A DNA stretch of 59,415 nucleotides, the filler included, from Candidatus Desantisbacteria bacterium CG1_02_49_89 (GTDB taxonomy: Bacteria > Desantisbacteria > UBA1551), in assembly GCA_001871075.1 (NCBI GenBank). It is 4 parts of 4 records of this genome, joined end to end, with 100 filler letters (N's around TTAATTAATTAA, not from the genome) between each part and the next. Parts side by side here need not be neighbours in the genome. Positions count along the whole stretch, not along the records: positions 29,294 to 59,415 come from MNUP01000101.1; 3 more parts are not named here. The stretch is one strand, 5' to 3'. Of this stretch, positions 50,048 through 59,415 are shown piece by piece. The notes beneath the pieces were generated by a model. The model ran no database searches. It saw only the letters and a list, made by a program, of their open reading frames with translations, and was not told the origin of the DNA. The position numbers were made by a program, and so were the translations under genes. Positions within the stretch are counted from its first letter, which is position 1. Each line of letters starts with the position of its first letter.

Positions 50048-50731
50048 TCAATGCTTCCCAGAAATTTCTTCTCTTCTTTTCCGCCTGAATATCAGAAAGT
50101 AGAATATGACGTAAAGCACCAGCATAGTAATTATGGTTATCGCGGTGACAAGGTTCTGGTTCAGGTTTGCCGTAAGGTCGCGCACCTGCCCGTAAAAAAA
50201 CGTCCACATGCCTACGCTGGCGGCAGTTGAAGCAATTACCGTGGTAAGGTTCAGCCGCACGGGAAGGCCCACTATTATGCCTATAATGGAAGCTGTTATG
50301 GGCCCGGTTATGGGCTGGAAGGGGAAAAGCGCGCAGAACGCGACACCGACTATGCCGAAGGTCTTTATCCACTTATGTTCCTTGGTAAAATCCTCGACCT
50401 GGTTGAAAGTATCTTCTATCACCTTGCTTTTTAATACCTTTTTCTTCAGGAGAAGGACAAGGGGGAATATAATAAAAAGGCTTACGATATCCTGCAGGAA
50501 GACTATAAGGGCTGTCAGGAGCCTGCTGTTCAGGAGATGGACGCCTATGGGTATGCTTGCGCCCTTGCCTACGAACTGGCCCGCTATGAGCATCTTCAGA
50601 AGGTGGTCCCATTTCTGAAAACCGAAAAGCACAAAAAGCAACCCCCCAACGCCGAAAATAAGCCAGGCGGTCCCGAAGAGCAAGCCTTCGGGTGATTTAA
50701 AAAATTTGTCTTTCTTCATTTCTTCCATCAA
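50048..50731 (-). CDS. Small multi-drug export (COG2426-like) membrane protein
   Basis: GKGASIPIG and F.ALFPFQPITGPITASIIG TM motifs. Confidence 0.6.
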   Translation of the reverse strand: MMEEMKKDKFFKSPEGLLFGTAWLIFGVGGLLFVLFGFQKWDHLLKMLIAGQFVGKGASIPIGVHLLNSRLLTALIVFLQDIVSLFIIFPLVLLLKKKVLKSKVIEDTFNQVEDFTKEHKWIKTFGIVGVAFCALFPFQPITGPITASIIGIIVGLPVRLNLTTVIASTAASVGMWTFFYGQVRDLTANLNQNLVTAITIITMLVLYVIFYFLIFRRKRREEISGKH

Positions 50732-50825
50732 TAATCTCCGCTGTAAATTTAAATATCAAGGGTCGAGTAGAAGATTAATTCGTGGAAATCCGTGATAATC
50801 CGTGGTTAAATGTATTTCTCTGTGG

Positions 50826-52022
50826 TTAAAGTTTCCCCATCCTTGCAACTGCTTCCCTTATTCTTTTGACGCTGACAGTGATCGCGAACCGCAGAAAGCC
50901 TCCGCCTGACGGCCCAAACCCGTTACCGGGAGTAGCAAGCACCCCGCATCTGGAAAGCAGCTTTTCGCACATTTCAACAGAGGAAAGATGGTCTGCCGGT
51001 TCGCCGGTTCGCCGGTTCGCCGGAAAAGACGAAGGAAACCGAGCCCAAATATAAAAAGTGGCCTTTGGAGTGCTGACTTTCCAGCCAAGCTCCTTCAAAC
51101 CGTTTACAAGCACATTCCGTCTTTCCTTAAGTATCTTAAGGTTGTTCCTGACGCATTCCTGGCTTGAAGAAAGCGCGGTGATCGCCGCTTCCTGCACTGC
51201 CTGAAAAACACCGGAGTCCAGGTTGGTTTTTATCTTCCCCAGGCCTGACAGTATTTCCCTGTTGCCGCACGCCCACGCGATGCGCCATCCTGTCATATTG
51301 TATGTTTTTGACAGCGAGTTGTATTCTATGCAAACATCCTTTGCGCCGGGAATTTGCAGTATGCTGGGCGCCTTGTACCCCTCAAAGGTCATTTCCGAAT
51401 ACGTGTTGTCGTAGCAGACAATAAGGCCGTGCTTTTTCGCGAACCTGACCGCGTCTTTCAGGAAACTCACAGGCGCGACCGCGGCTGTGGGATTATTCGG
51501 GTAATTCAGAAACATCATCTTCGCGTGCCTTAGAACGCTCATGGGTATCTTCGAGAGGTCCGGCAGGAACCCGTTCTTTTCCAGAAGCGGCATCAAATAA
51601 GGCCTTCCGTCCGCAAATACGGTTCCGGCCAGGTACACAGGGTAACCGGGCTCAGGTATAAGAACAATGTCGCCGGGATCTATAAAGGCAAGCGGTATGT
51701 GGCCTATGCCCTCTTTCGCCCCTATCAGGGAAAGCACTTCATCGGCAGGATCAAGCTTCACACCAAACCTTTTCCTGTACCATCCTGCAACTGCCTGCCT
51801 GAATGACAGCATTCCTTCGTAAGACGGGTAGCGGTGGTGCAGGGGGTTCGCGCACGCCTTTTGAAGCGAGCGCACTATATGGCCGGGCGTGGGAATGTCA
51901 GGGTCGCCTATGCCGAAACTTATGACGTCAACACCCTTCCTGACAGCCTCCTGCTTCATCTTGTCAAGTTTTGCGAATAAATACGGCGGCAGAATTTTCA
52001 ATCTCTTTGCCTGTTCAAACAC
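50826..52022 (-). CDS. dapL: LL-diaminopimelate aminotransferase (class I PLP enzyme)
   Basis: PPYLFA, GIGDPD, LIGAKEGIGH, LNYPNNPT, SLSKTYNMTGWR, TPGNGFG. Confidence 0.85.
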   Translation of the reverse strand: MFEQAKRLKILPPYLFAKLDKMKQEAVRKGVDVISFGIGDPDIPTPGHIVRSLQKACANPLHHRYPSYEGMLSFRQAVAGWYRKRFGVKLDPADEVLSLIGAKEGIGHIPLAFIDPGDIVLIPEPGYPVYLAGTVFADGRPYLMPLLEKNGFLPDLSKIPMSVLRHAKMMFLNYPNNPTAAVAPVSFLKDAVRFAKKHGLIVCYDNTYSEMTFEGYKAPSILQIPGAKDVCIEYNSLSKTYNMTGWRIAWACGNREILSGLGKIKTNLDSGVFQAVQEAAITALSSSQECVRNNLKILKERRNVLVNGLKELGWKVSTPKATFYIWARFPSSFPANRRTGEPADHLSSVEMCEKLLSRCGVLATPGNGFGPSGGGFLRFAITVSVKRIREAVARMGKL

Positions 52023-52130
52023 TTTTTCCTCCTTAGTTACACGGATTCATACGGTCGCCACTGCGGTCACCACTTCGGCGACCTGCCGACGAGGCATGGC
52101 GACCCGCCAAAGAGGCGGGATGCATACGGA

Positions 52131-52736
52131 TCAACCGACTGGATGCAAGCAGATTATATTGTAGAGCGCAACCCTGGCTCTTACAGCCAGATCTTGCAGG
52201 GACAAATTATTTTCTATTATCATGCCGGATCTTTTGGCTTTCCTGGCGTCAGGCCACTGCGAGCAGATCATCGCAAGGGCTTTTTTCCGCGGAATACCCC
52301 TTTTCCCCAGCCTTTTTATACGCAGTTCCCTTGGCGCGGTTATCAGAATAACATGATCGACAAGCCTGTCCCATCCTGCCTCGAAAAGCACTGCCGCGTT
52401 AAGAACAACCGCTTTTCTGCCTTTTTTCCGCAGCAACGCTATTTCTTTCCTGAATTCCTTGGCCATCAGAGGGTGTATCGCCCTGTTAAGGACTTTCAAT
52501 TTCGCGCGGTTGCCGAAGGCGATCCTGCCCAGCTCCCTGCGGTCTATCCTGCCGCTGCTGTCCAGTATCTTTCGGCCGAAGGATTTTACCAATTTTTTCC
52601 GCAAAGAACGGTTGTTCCCAAGGAGCCTGTGCCCGGTTTTATCCGCGTCTATTACATGCGCGCCGAGTCTTTTTAAAACCCGGGCTGCCTCATCCTTCCC
52701 TGCCCCAGCACCGCCGGTCAATCCAATCACTATCAT
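52131..52736 (-). CDS. coaE: Dephospho-CoA kinase
   Basis: IGLTGGAGAGK, IDAD, IDRRELG..AF, LNRAIHP, IIENN. Confidence 0.9.
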   Translation of the reverse strand: MIVIGLTGGAGAGKDEAARVLKRLGAHVIDADKTGHRLLGNNRSLRKKLVKSFGRKILDSSGRIDRRELGRIAFGNRAKLKVLNRAIHPLMAKEFRKEIALLRKKGRKAVVLNAAVLFEAGWDRLVDHVILITAPRELRIKRLGKRGIPRKKALAMICSQWPDARKAKRSGMIIENNLSLQDLAVRARVALYNIICLHPVG

Positions 52737-52891
52737 ATCGTGCCTCGTTCATCGTTCATCGTTCATCGTAACATGGTAACATCGTCAAAATCTTAATCCG
52801 CCCCGATCAATATCGGGGCGAGACCTCGCCCTGCCTTTGCTCAGGGTGGGCGACCAACGATGTTACGATGCACGATGTCACGAGTTTAAAA

Positions 52892-54623
52892 TCAGCCGGC
52901 TCCGCCCCCGCCCCCGCCTCCTCCGCCACCGCNNNNNNNNNNNNNCCCCGCCACCGCCGAACCCGCTTGAAGAACTCGGGGAAGAAGTCATGGCAGTATT
53001 CATTCCTGAGACCATTCCGGAAAAGCTGTTCCCGAACGATGCGGCATAGAAAGACCCGCTTTTGCCCGAATACCAGTCCGGTGACTGGAGCTCGATATCC
53101 GCGAAACGCCGCGCCCACTGCTTCTCAACCCTGAAAAGTATCGCGTATGGAAGGTATTTTTCAAAGGTCTGCTGAAGCGTTTCTGTGCTTACAACGCCCA
53201 GCCTGAATCTTTCCGCCGTGTAAAGATACATTTTAAAACCTTTAAGTTCATTCGTGACCCTTGAACCCTTTTCGGTCCTTCGGGGCATCTTCATGCCGAA
53301 AACAATTATTATGATCAGCGATGAGATCACCGCGAAAACATGCCAGGCCGTGAACCCAATAAGACTGATCGCTCCTCCCAGAAACATCACAAAGCAGACG
53401 AAACCCATTATCAGGCATCCGGCTGTGCCGCTGTATTTTGACCTGGTCTTATCCGGGCTTTCATCAAAATATCCTTTTTCTTCAACCGCGGAGTAAAGAG
53501 CTTCTTTTATTTTCGGAATGTCTTTGTAAAACCTGTCCTTAAGGTCGTCCATTGTAACATACCCGAGCGTGTTTTCCCTCATAACGCCCAGCCCGTGCGA
53601 AAAAAGCTTTATCAGGATCAGTTTCTCGTGGTCCTCGAGGTCCCCGCCTTCCTTGAGCCATTTAAAAGCATACCTTTTCCTGCTGCCGAAAATAAAGGGC
53701 GATTCTTCCTCAATGATCTTTAAATACCCGCGCACCGCAAGGTCAACTATCACGGCTATGATATCCCTGGTATCAGCTTTTTCGTCGATCAGGGTCCCCG
53801 CGATCGCCGGCCTTATGCTGTCAGGCGGCTTAAAGGCCGGGACCACCACGTCATCCCTGTCTGTCTTTATATCCCTGCCCTTCCTCCACCACAACTGGAA
53901 CATGAAAATAAACATAAACAGCGGCGCGAGCATTCCTATAGCCCTGTCCGGTCGCGCGAACCAGCTCTCTTTATCCGCGTCGGACAGAACCTGGTTCACG
54001 ATACCCTTGGGCCAGCCGGCGACGATCGTGAAATCGCCTCCTGGCTGGACATCCGAACCGGAAAACACGAACGTCTTATAATCCTTTTTTTCTATCTGCT
54101 GGTCCGCGGCATAGCTTTGTATCTCGGCTTTCATCTGGTCTTCTATGTAAACCGCTGACGGCAGAGTGACATACACCCTGACTTTTTCAATGGGCACTGT
54201 CCTGTCCGAAGGCACGCAGTTCCACCACAGCTCGTCGTGGTCCTGGAAGAACCCTATTGCCCCGTGCACCAGGTATTTCACGGTCCAGGTATGGTCCGTA
54301 TCGCTCAAGTTGAAACCCCACCTGACCATTATGCGGTTGGCGTGGTGGCGCGGGACAACGAACACCTTTTTCTTTGTTACCTCGTCGATAACCTGGATAT
54401 CCGAGATGTAGCGCAGCTTTTTTTCCTCGATATCCCTGTAGGCATAATGAAAGTTGCCCTCAAAGTGGAAGGTCATCTTCTCGCTTACCCAGAAGCTGCC
54501 GTTCTCATTTATGTCTACGCGCACTTCGTAGTCCTTGTAATAATACGACTTCGCGTGCGCTGCGGACACTGCCAGCATTATAAACAAAAATGCTATTAAT
54601 ATTTTTTTCATTTTTTCACCCAT
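52892..54623 (-). CDS. DUF2207 membrane protein
   Basis: DELWWN, AVIVDLAVRGYLKI, YLPYAILF, Gly-rich tail ending GGGGAG-stop at 52892 beyond the N gap 52933-52945; downstream of lemA. Confidence 0.88.
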
Positions 54624-54717
54624 GACAAATAATTAAAGACTGTCTTTAACCACGAATTAGCACGAATTTCCGCGGATTTCAACTTTCAACCTTCAACCTT
54701 TAACTTTTAACTATTGG

Positions 54718-55269
54718 TTAAAACGAAACCTTCGGCGCCTGCCTTTCCGCTTCATCCCCTATTTCGAAGAATTCCCTGTGCGTGAACCCGAACATGTTCG
54801 CCACTATGTTGTTGGGGAAAACCTGTGTGGCGATATTGTAATCGCGGACGCAGCCGTTATAATACCTGCGGGAGCCCTGTATTTCCGCCTCTATCTCGTT
54901 AAGGTTCTTCTGCAGTTCCTGGAAATTCTGGCTGGCTTTCAGGTCCGGGTAATTTTCCGCGACCGCGAATACCGAGCGTATTGCCTGGGTCAGCGCGTTT
55001 TCCGCCTGCCCCTTCTCTACCACGCCGCCAGCGGATATCGCGCTTGCGCGCGCCTGCGTGACCTTTTCAAAAAGCGTCTTCTCGTGCGCCGCGTACCCTT
55101 TTACCGTCTCAACAAGGTTCGGCACCAGGTCATAGCGGCGTTTCAACTGCACGTCAATGCCGCTCCAGGATTCATTCACAAGAGTGCGGTTCCTCACAAG
55201 CAGATTGTAGATCCCCATCAGCCATGCTCCAACTACAATAACCACGATCAACAACACGAAAGCTCCCAT
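54718..55269 (-). CDS. lemA: LemA family protein
   Basis: WSGIDVQLKRRYDLVPNLVETVKGY, AENYPDLKA, RRYYN. Confidence 0.96.
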   Translation of the reverse strand: MGAFVLLIVVIVVGAWLMGIYNLLVRNRTLVNESWSGIDVQLKRRYDLVPNLVETVKGYAAHEKTLFEKVTQARASAISAGGVVEKGQAENALTQAIRSVFAVAENYPDLKASQNFQELQKNLNEIEAEIQGSRRYYNGCVRDYNIATQVFPNNIVANMFGFTHREFFEIGDEAERQAPKVSF

Positions 55270-55285
55270 TTTGCCCTCCTTTTAA

Positions 55286-56275
55286 CTACAGCCAGTGTTT
55301 CTTTTTTATAAACCACAGCGTTATTATTGCCACGAACGCCATAATGCCCAGCGCAAAGAAATACCCGTATTTCCATTCAAGTTCCGGCATGTATTTAAAA
55401 TTCATCCCGTAAAGCCCCACGATAACGGTAAGCGGCATCATCACGGTTGCGACTATTGTAAGCGTTTTTATGACTTCGTTCATCTTGTTTGAGGCGGCCG
55501 CCATCCTGTTTGAAGCCGTTGAAAGGTATATTTCGAGCGATCCGCTCACGAGGTCCCTGTAGGTTTCCAGTAATTCGTAGATCCTGAAAAGGTGGTCATA
55601 AACGTCCCTGTAGTATATCTGGCTTTTTTTATTTATTGCGGGAACGGGCTCTCTTGAAAGGAAATTCAGTATATCGCGCTGGGGGCCTATTATCCTCCTC
55701 ATGTAAAGGAGCTCTTTTTTCAGGCCGAGGATCCTGCCCATCTGGTCTTCTTTCAACTCTTTGAAAATCTCCTCTTCAACCTCTTCTATTTTATCGTCAA
55801 GACCCTCAAGCGCGCACAGATAGTCGTCCACTATCCTGTCCAGCACCGTATAGAGCAGAAAATCCGGGCCCTTCTCCATTATCTGCCACGGGGGGTTCAG
55901 GCATTTATCCCATACCGATTCAAGGCTTTTAACGGGTTTGTTATGAAAACTGACCAGGTAATTCGTACCGAGGAAAATACTGACTTCCGCGGCCGAAATT
56001 TCAGGGGACTGAGCGCACTTTTCAATTGCCTGCGTCTCAAGAAAAATATAATCCCCGAAATTGTCAAGCTTCGGGTGAAAACTATCGTGCATGCAGTCCT
56101 CTATCGCCAGCGCGTGGAACTGGAAAATCGTTCTTAACACCCCTATCTCGTTTTCACCGCCCCCTTCAAGGTCCACCCACAGAACCGCCGCAGAACTCTT
56201 CAGCAGTTCCGGTATTTTCCCGGGATCGTCAATGATCTCGCATTTCCTGTCTTTAAACGCAATAATTCTCGTCAT
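55286..56275 (-). CDS. corA: Magnesium/cobalt transporter CorA
   Basis: FHALAIED, MNEVIKTLT, YGMNF, MPEL. Confidence 0.95.
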   Translation of the reverse strand: MTRIIAFKDRKCEIIDDPGKIPELLKSSAAVLWVDLEGGGENEIGVLRTIFQFHALAIEDCMHDSFHPKLDNFGDYIFLETQAIEKCAQSPEISAAEVSIFLGTNYLVSFHNKPVKSLESVWDKCLNPPWQIMEKGPDFLLYTVLDRIVDDYLCALEGLDDKIEEVEEEIFKELKEDQMGRILGLKKELLYMRRIIGPQRDILNFLSREPVPAINKKSQIYYRDVYDHLFRIYELLETYRDLVSGSLEIYLSTASNRMAAASNKMNEVIKTLTIVATVMMPLTVIVGLYGMNFKYMPELEWKYGYFFALGIMAFVAIITLWFIKKKHWL

Positions 56276-57276
56276 TATTTTCCCTCCAGCAATGCCCGGA
56301 GCTTATCCATCTGCCCGACGGTCGCCATGACTATCAGAACATCGCCTTCCAGCAGTTTTACGTCAGGTGTTGGGTTGAATATTTCCTCCTCCTGCCTTTT
56401 TACGGCAAGGACCAGCGCGTTTGTCTTCCCGGATATATCAAGGTCTTCGAGCGTCGTGCCGGCAAACCCGCATTCCCTGCTGACGCAATATTCCGCTATC
56501 CTCAGCTTCGCGTCCTTATCCCTTAGCATCCTGTCCAGGAAAGACGTGACTGCCGGGCGCATTGTTTCCGAAGCAAGCCTCAAGCCTCCTATGTGGGTGG
56601 GTGAAACAACGGCTGCCGCGCCCGCTATCTTCATTTTATACCCGCTGCCGTCTTCTTCCGCCTTCGCGACTATGCGAAGTTTCGGGTTAAGGTTCCTTGC
56701 CGTGAGCGTGACAAATAAATTGTCCTTGTCGGTCGGCAAAGTCGTGACAAGGCCCGCTGCCCTGTCTATCCCGGCAAGCTTCAGCATCGCGTCAGAGGTC
56801 GCGTCGCCCTGGATGTAAAGAAGGCTCTCAAAACCCGATATTTTCCTTAGATTTGCCATATTGTTCTCTATGACCACGAATCTTGTGCCGGTCGCCAGGA
56901 ACTCTTCTGACACGCACCTTCCGGTTGCCCCGGCGCCGCATACTATGTAATGCCCGCTGAGCTGGGATATTTTCTTTTCCATTTTTCTCCTCCCAAGGAT
57001 CCCGGTTAACTGTCCTTCAATAAAAAAAGCAACGAAAGAACTGCCCGCGTAAACAAGGGATATCGTGCCGCCAAGAATAAGGAAGATCGTAAAGATCCTG
57101 CCGGTGCGGGAAAGCTCATGGACCTCCGTGTACCCCACGGTGGCGATGGTTATGACTGTCATGTAAAGGCTATCAAGAACAGGCCACTTTTCTATGGCGG
57201 TATAGCCGATAACGCCTGCGGCAACCACTATGCCAAGCATTGCCCCTATGATAATGATCCTCTTCTCGATCTCCAT
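56275..57276 (-). CDS. 2-TM potassium channel protein with RCK (TrkA-N/C) domains
   Basis: DSLYMTVITIATVGY pore helix, HYIVCGAGATG, GDATSD, C-terminal NPTPD..L..GD. Confidence 0.88.
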   Translation of the reverse strand: MEIEKRIIIIGAMLGIVVAAGVIGYTAIEKWPVLDSLYMTVITIATVGYTEVHELSRTGRIFTIFLILGGTISLVYAGSSFVAFFIEGQLTGILGRRKMEKKISQLSGHYIVCGAGATGRCVSEEFLATGTRFVVIENNMANLRKISGFESLLYIQGDATSDAMLKLAGIDRAAGLVTTLPTDKDNLFVTLTARNLNPKLRIVAKAEEDGSGYKMKIAGAAAVVSPTHIGGLRLASETMRPAVTSFLDRMLRDKDAKLRIAEYCVSRECGFAGTTLEDLDISGKTNALVLAVKRQEEEIFNPTPDVKLLEGDVLIVMATVGQMDKLRALLEGK

Positions 57277-57603
57277 TCTTTTCCTTTTACTTGATTGCGG
57301 TGATTTTTTAAAGATGATTACGGTGATTATTTTAAGTATCAAGAGTCCCACCTCAACGGCGGGTCGCCGAAGTGGCGACAAGTATCAAGTGTCAAGAGTC
57401 AAGTAAAATATTTATCCGTGGAAATCCGTGGCTGAATTTCGTGTTTTCATCCGTAGCGCCATTCGCTCAGCTCTGGCGCGCAGGCCCCTGCGTTGAGCTG
57501 CGCAGCAGCTGCAGGGGGCACTTTCGTGCCTGCCCGCCGAAGCCTTGGCGTAGGCGCGGCTTTCGTGGAAATTCTTTGGCTTTCAACATTTAGCATATTT
57601 TAC

Positions 57604-58023
57604 TCATGACTGTATTTCCTGCTTCAGGCGCTCCGCCATATCCTGCGGCGCCCGGCACACCTTGCCTTTCCCGTCAACGAAAGCAAGCTTCGTGGAACCC
57701 TTTGTTACGATTGCCCCTGTCTCTTTGTTGAGGATCTCGTATTCTATAAGCACGGACGCACTTCCCACATCCGCGATCCAGGGCCTGAGTATTAATACGT
57801 CATCGTACCGTGCAGGCCGCAGGTATTTGCAGAAAGCCTCGGTGACAACAAGGCATGTTCCACCCTGCTCGAGTTTCTTGTGCGAAAAACCTATATGCCG
57901 CAGCAGCTCAACCCTTGCCCTTTCAAAATATTCGAAGTAGTGCGAATAGTAGACCGTTGCCATAAGGTCCGTGTGCGCGTAGGGCACCCTTATCTCAATT
58001 TCAAATTTCTCAGCCATGTTCAT
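57604..58023 (-). CDS. Acyl-CoA thioesterase (YbgC/4HBT hot-dog fold)
   Basis: RVPYAHTDLMATVYYSHY..YFERAR, YLRPARYDD. Confidence 0.88.
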   Translation of the reverse strand: MNMAEKFEIEIRVPYAHTDLMATVYYSHYFEYFERARVELLRHIGFSHKKLEQGGTCLVVTEAFCKYLRPARYDDVLILRPWIADVGSASVLIEYEILNKETGAIVTKGSTKLAFVDGKGKVCRAPQDMAERLKQEIQS

Positions 58024-58043
58024 CCCCTAGGAATCTATCCCTT

Positions 58044-58319
58044 TTATCTGGTTTTATACGGTGGTTTTTTCTCCCGCACGGACACCGTTTCTTTTATCAG
58101 AGAAAAATTGCCAGTTACAGGAACCGTTTTCAGGGTTTTTGTCTTGAACCATTTCTCAAAGTTCAATATCGAGAAACCGACCACCCTGTCTGAATCAACA
58201 TCCAGCCTGACAAAGAAATCGTCCTCAATTTCCCTGGAAATGGCCTGCCGGGGCTTTCCCAGAGAAATATCCAGAACATCCCCTTCCTTATCATATGAAA
58301 AAGCTATTTTTTCTCCCAT
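58044..58319 (-). CDS. DUF2283-domain protein, putative antitoxin
   Basis: YDKEGDVLDI..G, VVGFSILN. Confidence 0.8.
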   Translation of the reverse strand: MGEKIAFSYDKEGDVLDISLGKPRQAISREIEDDFFVRLDVDSDRVVGFSILNFEKWFKTKTLKTVPVTGNFSLIKETVSVREKKPPYKTR

Positions 58320-58612
58320 ATTATATCACCCTCCTTTATCCTGTCAGTAATGTAGCATGTTACCACGAAACTCAACATAATCTTTTTAACCACCACGATT
58401 ATATATTTCCCTTTTAGAATTTCTTTGAAAAATCTGTAATATAAATAAACTTCTCTGTCTTTTTTGCTCTCTTTAATCAGATCGGGATCCTTAAGAACTG
58501 TTTCTATTTCTTTTATGTATTCTTTTACCTCGGGATGCTCCTGGATAATATGTATCCATCTTTGTTGCGACAGAGTAATTTCATTTTTAAAACAATCTAC
58601 AAATTTAGGCAC
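58304..58612 (-). CDS. Putative RelE/PBECR-fold ribonuclease toxin
   Basis: RWIHII.EHPE, VLKDPD.I.ES, LYYRFF, YIIVVV, FVVTCY; overlaps the DUF2283 gene. Confidence 0.6.
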   Translation of the reverse strand: MPKFVDCFKNEITLSQQRWIHIIQEHPEVKEYIKEIETVLKDPDLIKESKKDREVYLYYRFFKEILKGKYIIVVVKKIMLSFVVTCYITDRIKEGDIIWEKK

Positions 58613-58632
58613 AATACACCTTTCTTTTGAAA

Positions 58633-59415
58633 TTATTTCTTGGTTATCAGCCTCGGGCCGAAAGCAGTGTCTTCAATGGTTATTCCTTTTTTCTGCAGCT
58701 CTTTGCGTATCCTGTCAGCTGCTGCCCAATCCTTGTTTTTGCGCGCTGTTTCCCTTTCGGCGACCAGAGTATTGAACTCTTCCGGTGAAACCTTCGTTTT
58801 AATTACCAAGCCAAGGATTCCGGTCCATTTATCAATCTGCTCTTTTGTATATTTTAATAAGTAAATGATGTCCATTATATTTTTACTACCAGGAACAGTA
58901 TTTTTCATTGAAATATTTGCGTTATTAATAAGCTCGTGGATATACCCCAGCGTTTTCGGAGTATTGAAATCATCATCCATGGCTTCTTCTAACATTTTTT
59001 CATATTCTTTTCTACTACCGGACAAAAATGCTTTATTTGCATTAAGTTTTTCCTGCTCTTCTTCTGTCAATTGTTTTTGCATTGATCCGAGAACAAAGTT
59101 TAGATTATTATTAAATGTGCACATTCTTTCATAAGTTTCTTTGGCCGCGTCCAGCTCCTTATCGCTGAAATCCATGGGCTGGCGATAATGGGCTGAAAGA
59201 AGGAAAAGGCGGACAACCATCGGGTCGTATTTTTGCAGCACTTCCCTTATCGTGAAGAAGTTGCCCAGGGACTTGGACATTTTTTCCTTGTTTATTGTTA
59301 TAAAACCATTATGCATCCAATATTTAGCTAATTTTTTTTCTGTTGCTGCTTCGGACTGCGCGATCTCATTTTCATGGTGGGGGAAGATCAGGTCCTGACC
59401 TCCGCCGTGAATGTC
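58633..59415 (-). CDS. cysS: Cysteine--tRNA ligase, 3' part (starts beyond the window)
   Basis: DIHGGGQDLIFPHHENEIAQS, KMSKSLGN, MDDDFNTP, ADRIR. Confidence 0.97.
   Translation of the reverse strand, partial: DIHGGGQDLIFPHHENEIAQSEAATEKKLAKYWMHNGFITINKEKMSKSLGNFFTIREVLQKYDPMVVRLFLLSAHYRQPMDFSDKELDAAKETYERMCTFNNNLNFVLGSMQKQLTEEEQEKLNANKAFLSGSRKEYEKMLEEAMDDDFNTPKTLGYIHELINNANISMKNTVPGSKNIMDIIYLLKYTKEQIDKWTGILGLVIKTKVSPEEFNTLVAERETARKNKDWAAADRIRKELQKKGITIEDTAFGPRLITKK

Noticed and set aside
52878-52945. Arg-rich C-terminus of the DUF2207 protein in the ORF track
   Set aside because: Frame error across a 13-N gap; the Gly-rich frame ending at 52892 fits the family
1-59415. tRNA, rRNA, prophage, retron or diversity-generating retroelement
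   Set aside because: No cloverleaf, rRNA, phage structural gene, reverse transcriptase or template/variable repeat pair recognised by eye

Overview
Bacterial DNA, probably from a metagenome-assembled genome of an uncultured diderm anaerobe (inferred from outer-membrane beta-barrels, a PorV/PorP-like barrel, a bifurcating-type Bcd/EtfAB and a Na+-type V-ATPase ring subunit). The window is four contigs joined by artificial N-TTAATTAATTAA-N linkers (11757-11856, 21453-21552, 29194-29293), so adjacency across those points means nothing. Contig 1: beta-barrel, ArnT-like transferase, a cyclic-nucleotide signalling operon (CHASE2 cyclase, DUF3307, GAF-GAF-HD-GYP, ExeA-like ATPase with an MshEN-like tail), grpE, dnaJ. 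Contig 2: fabF end, bcd-etfB-etfA, V-ATPase K and E, holA, rpsT, an IS3-family element and an RHS/YD-like remnant. Contig 3 is the best candidate for a new system. A small secreted DUF11 protein appears circularly permuted (N-terminal donor hairpin, missing C-terminal strands). The next gene carries the same hairpin plus a T9SS type-B-like C-terminal domain, followed by a PorV/PorP-like barrel and a giant surface phosphoesterase. I infer a donor-strand, possibly isopeptide-crosslinked pilus with a CTD anchor. Contig 4: glycoside hydrolases interleaved with housekeeping genes, a toxin-antitoxin-like pair and cysS. Most intergenic gaps are mosaics of 7-9 bp tandem repeats, GTAG/GTAA REP-like hairpins and very small nested palindromes. 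Several of these sit in frame inside conserved enzymes. All family calls come from motif recognition by eye; no database search was run.
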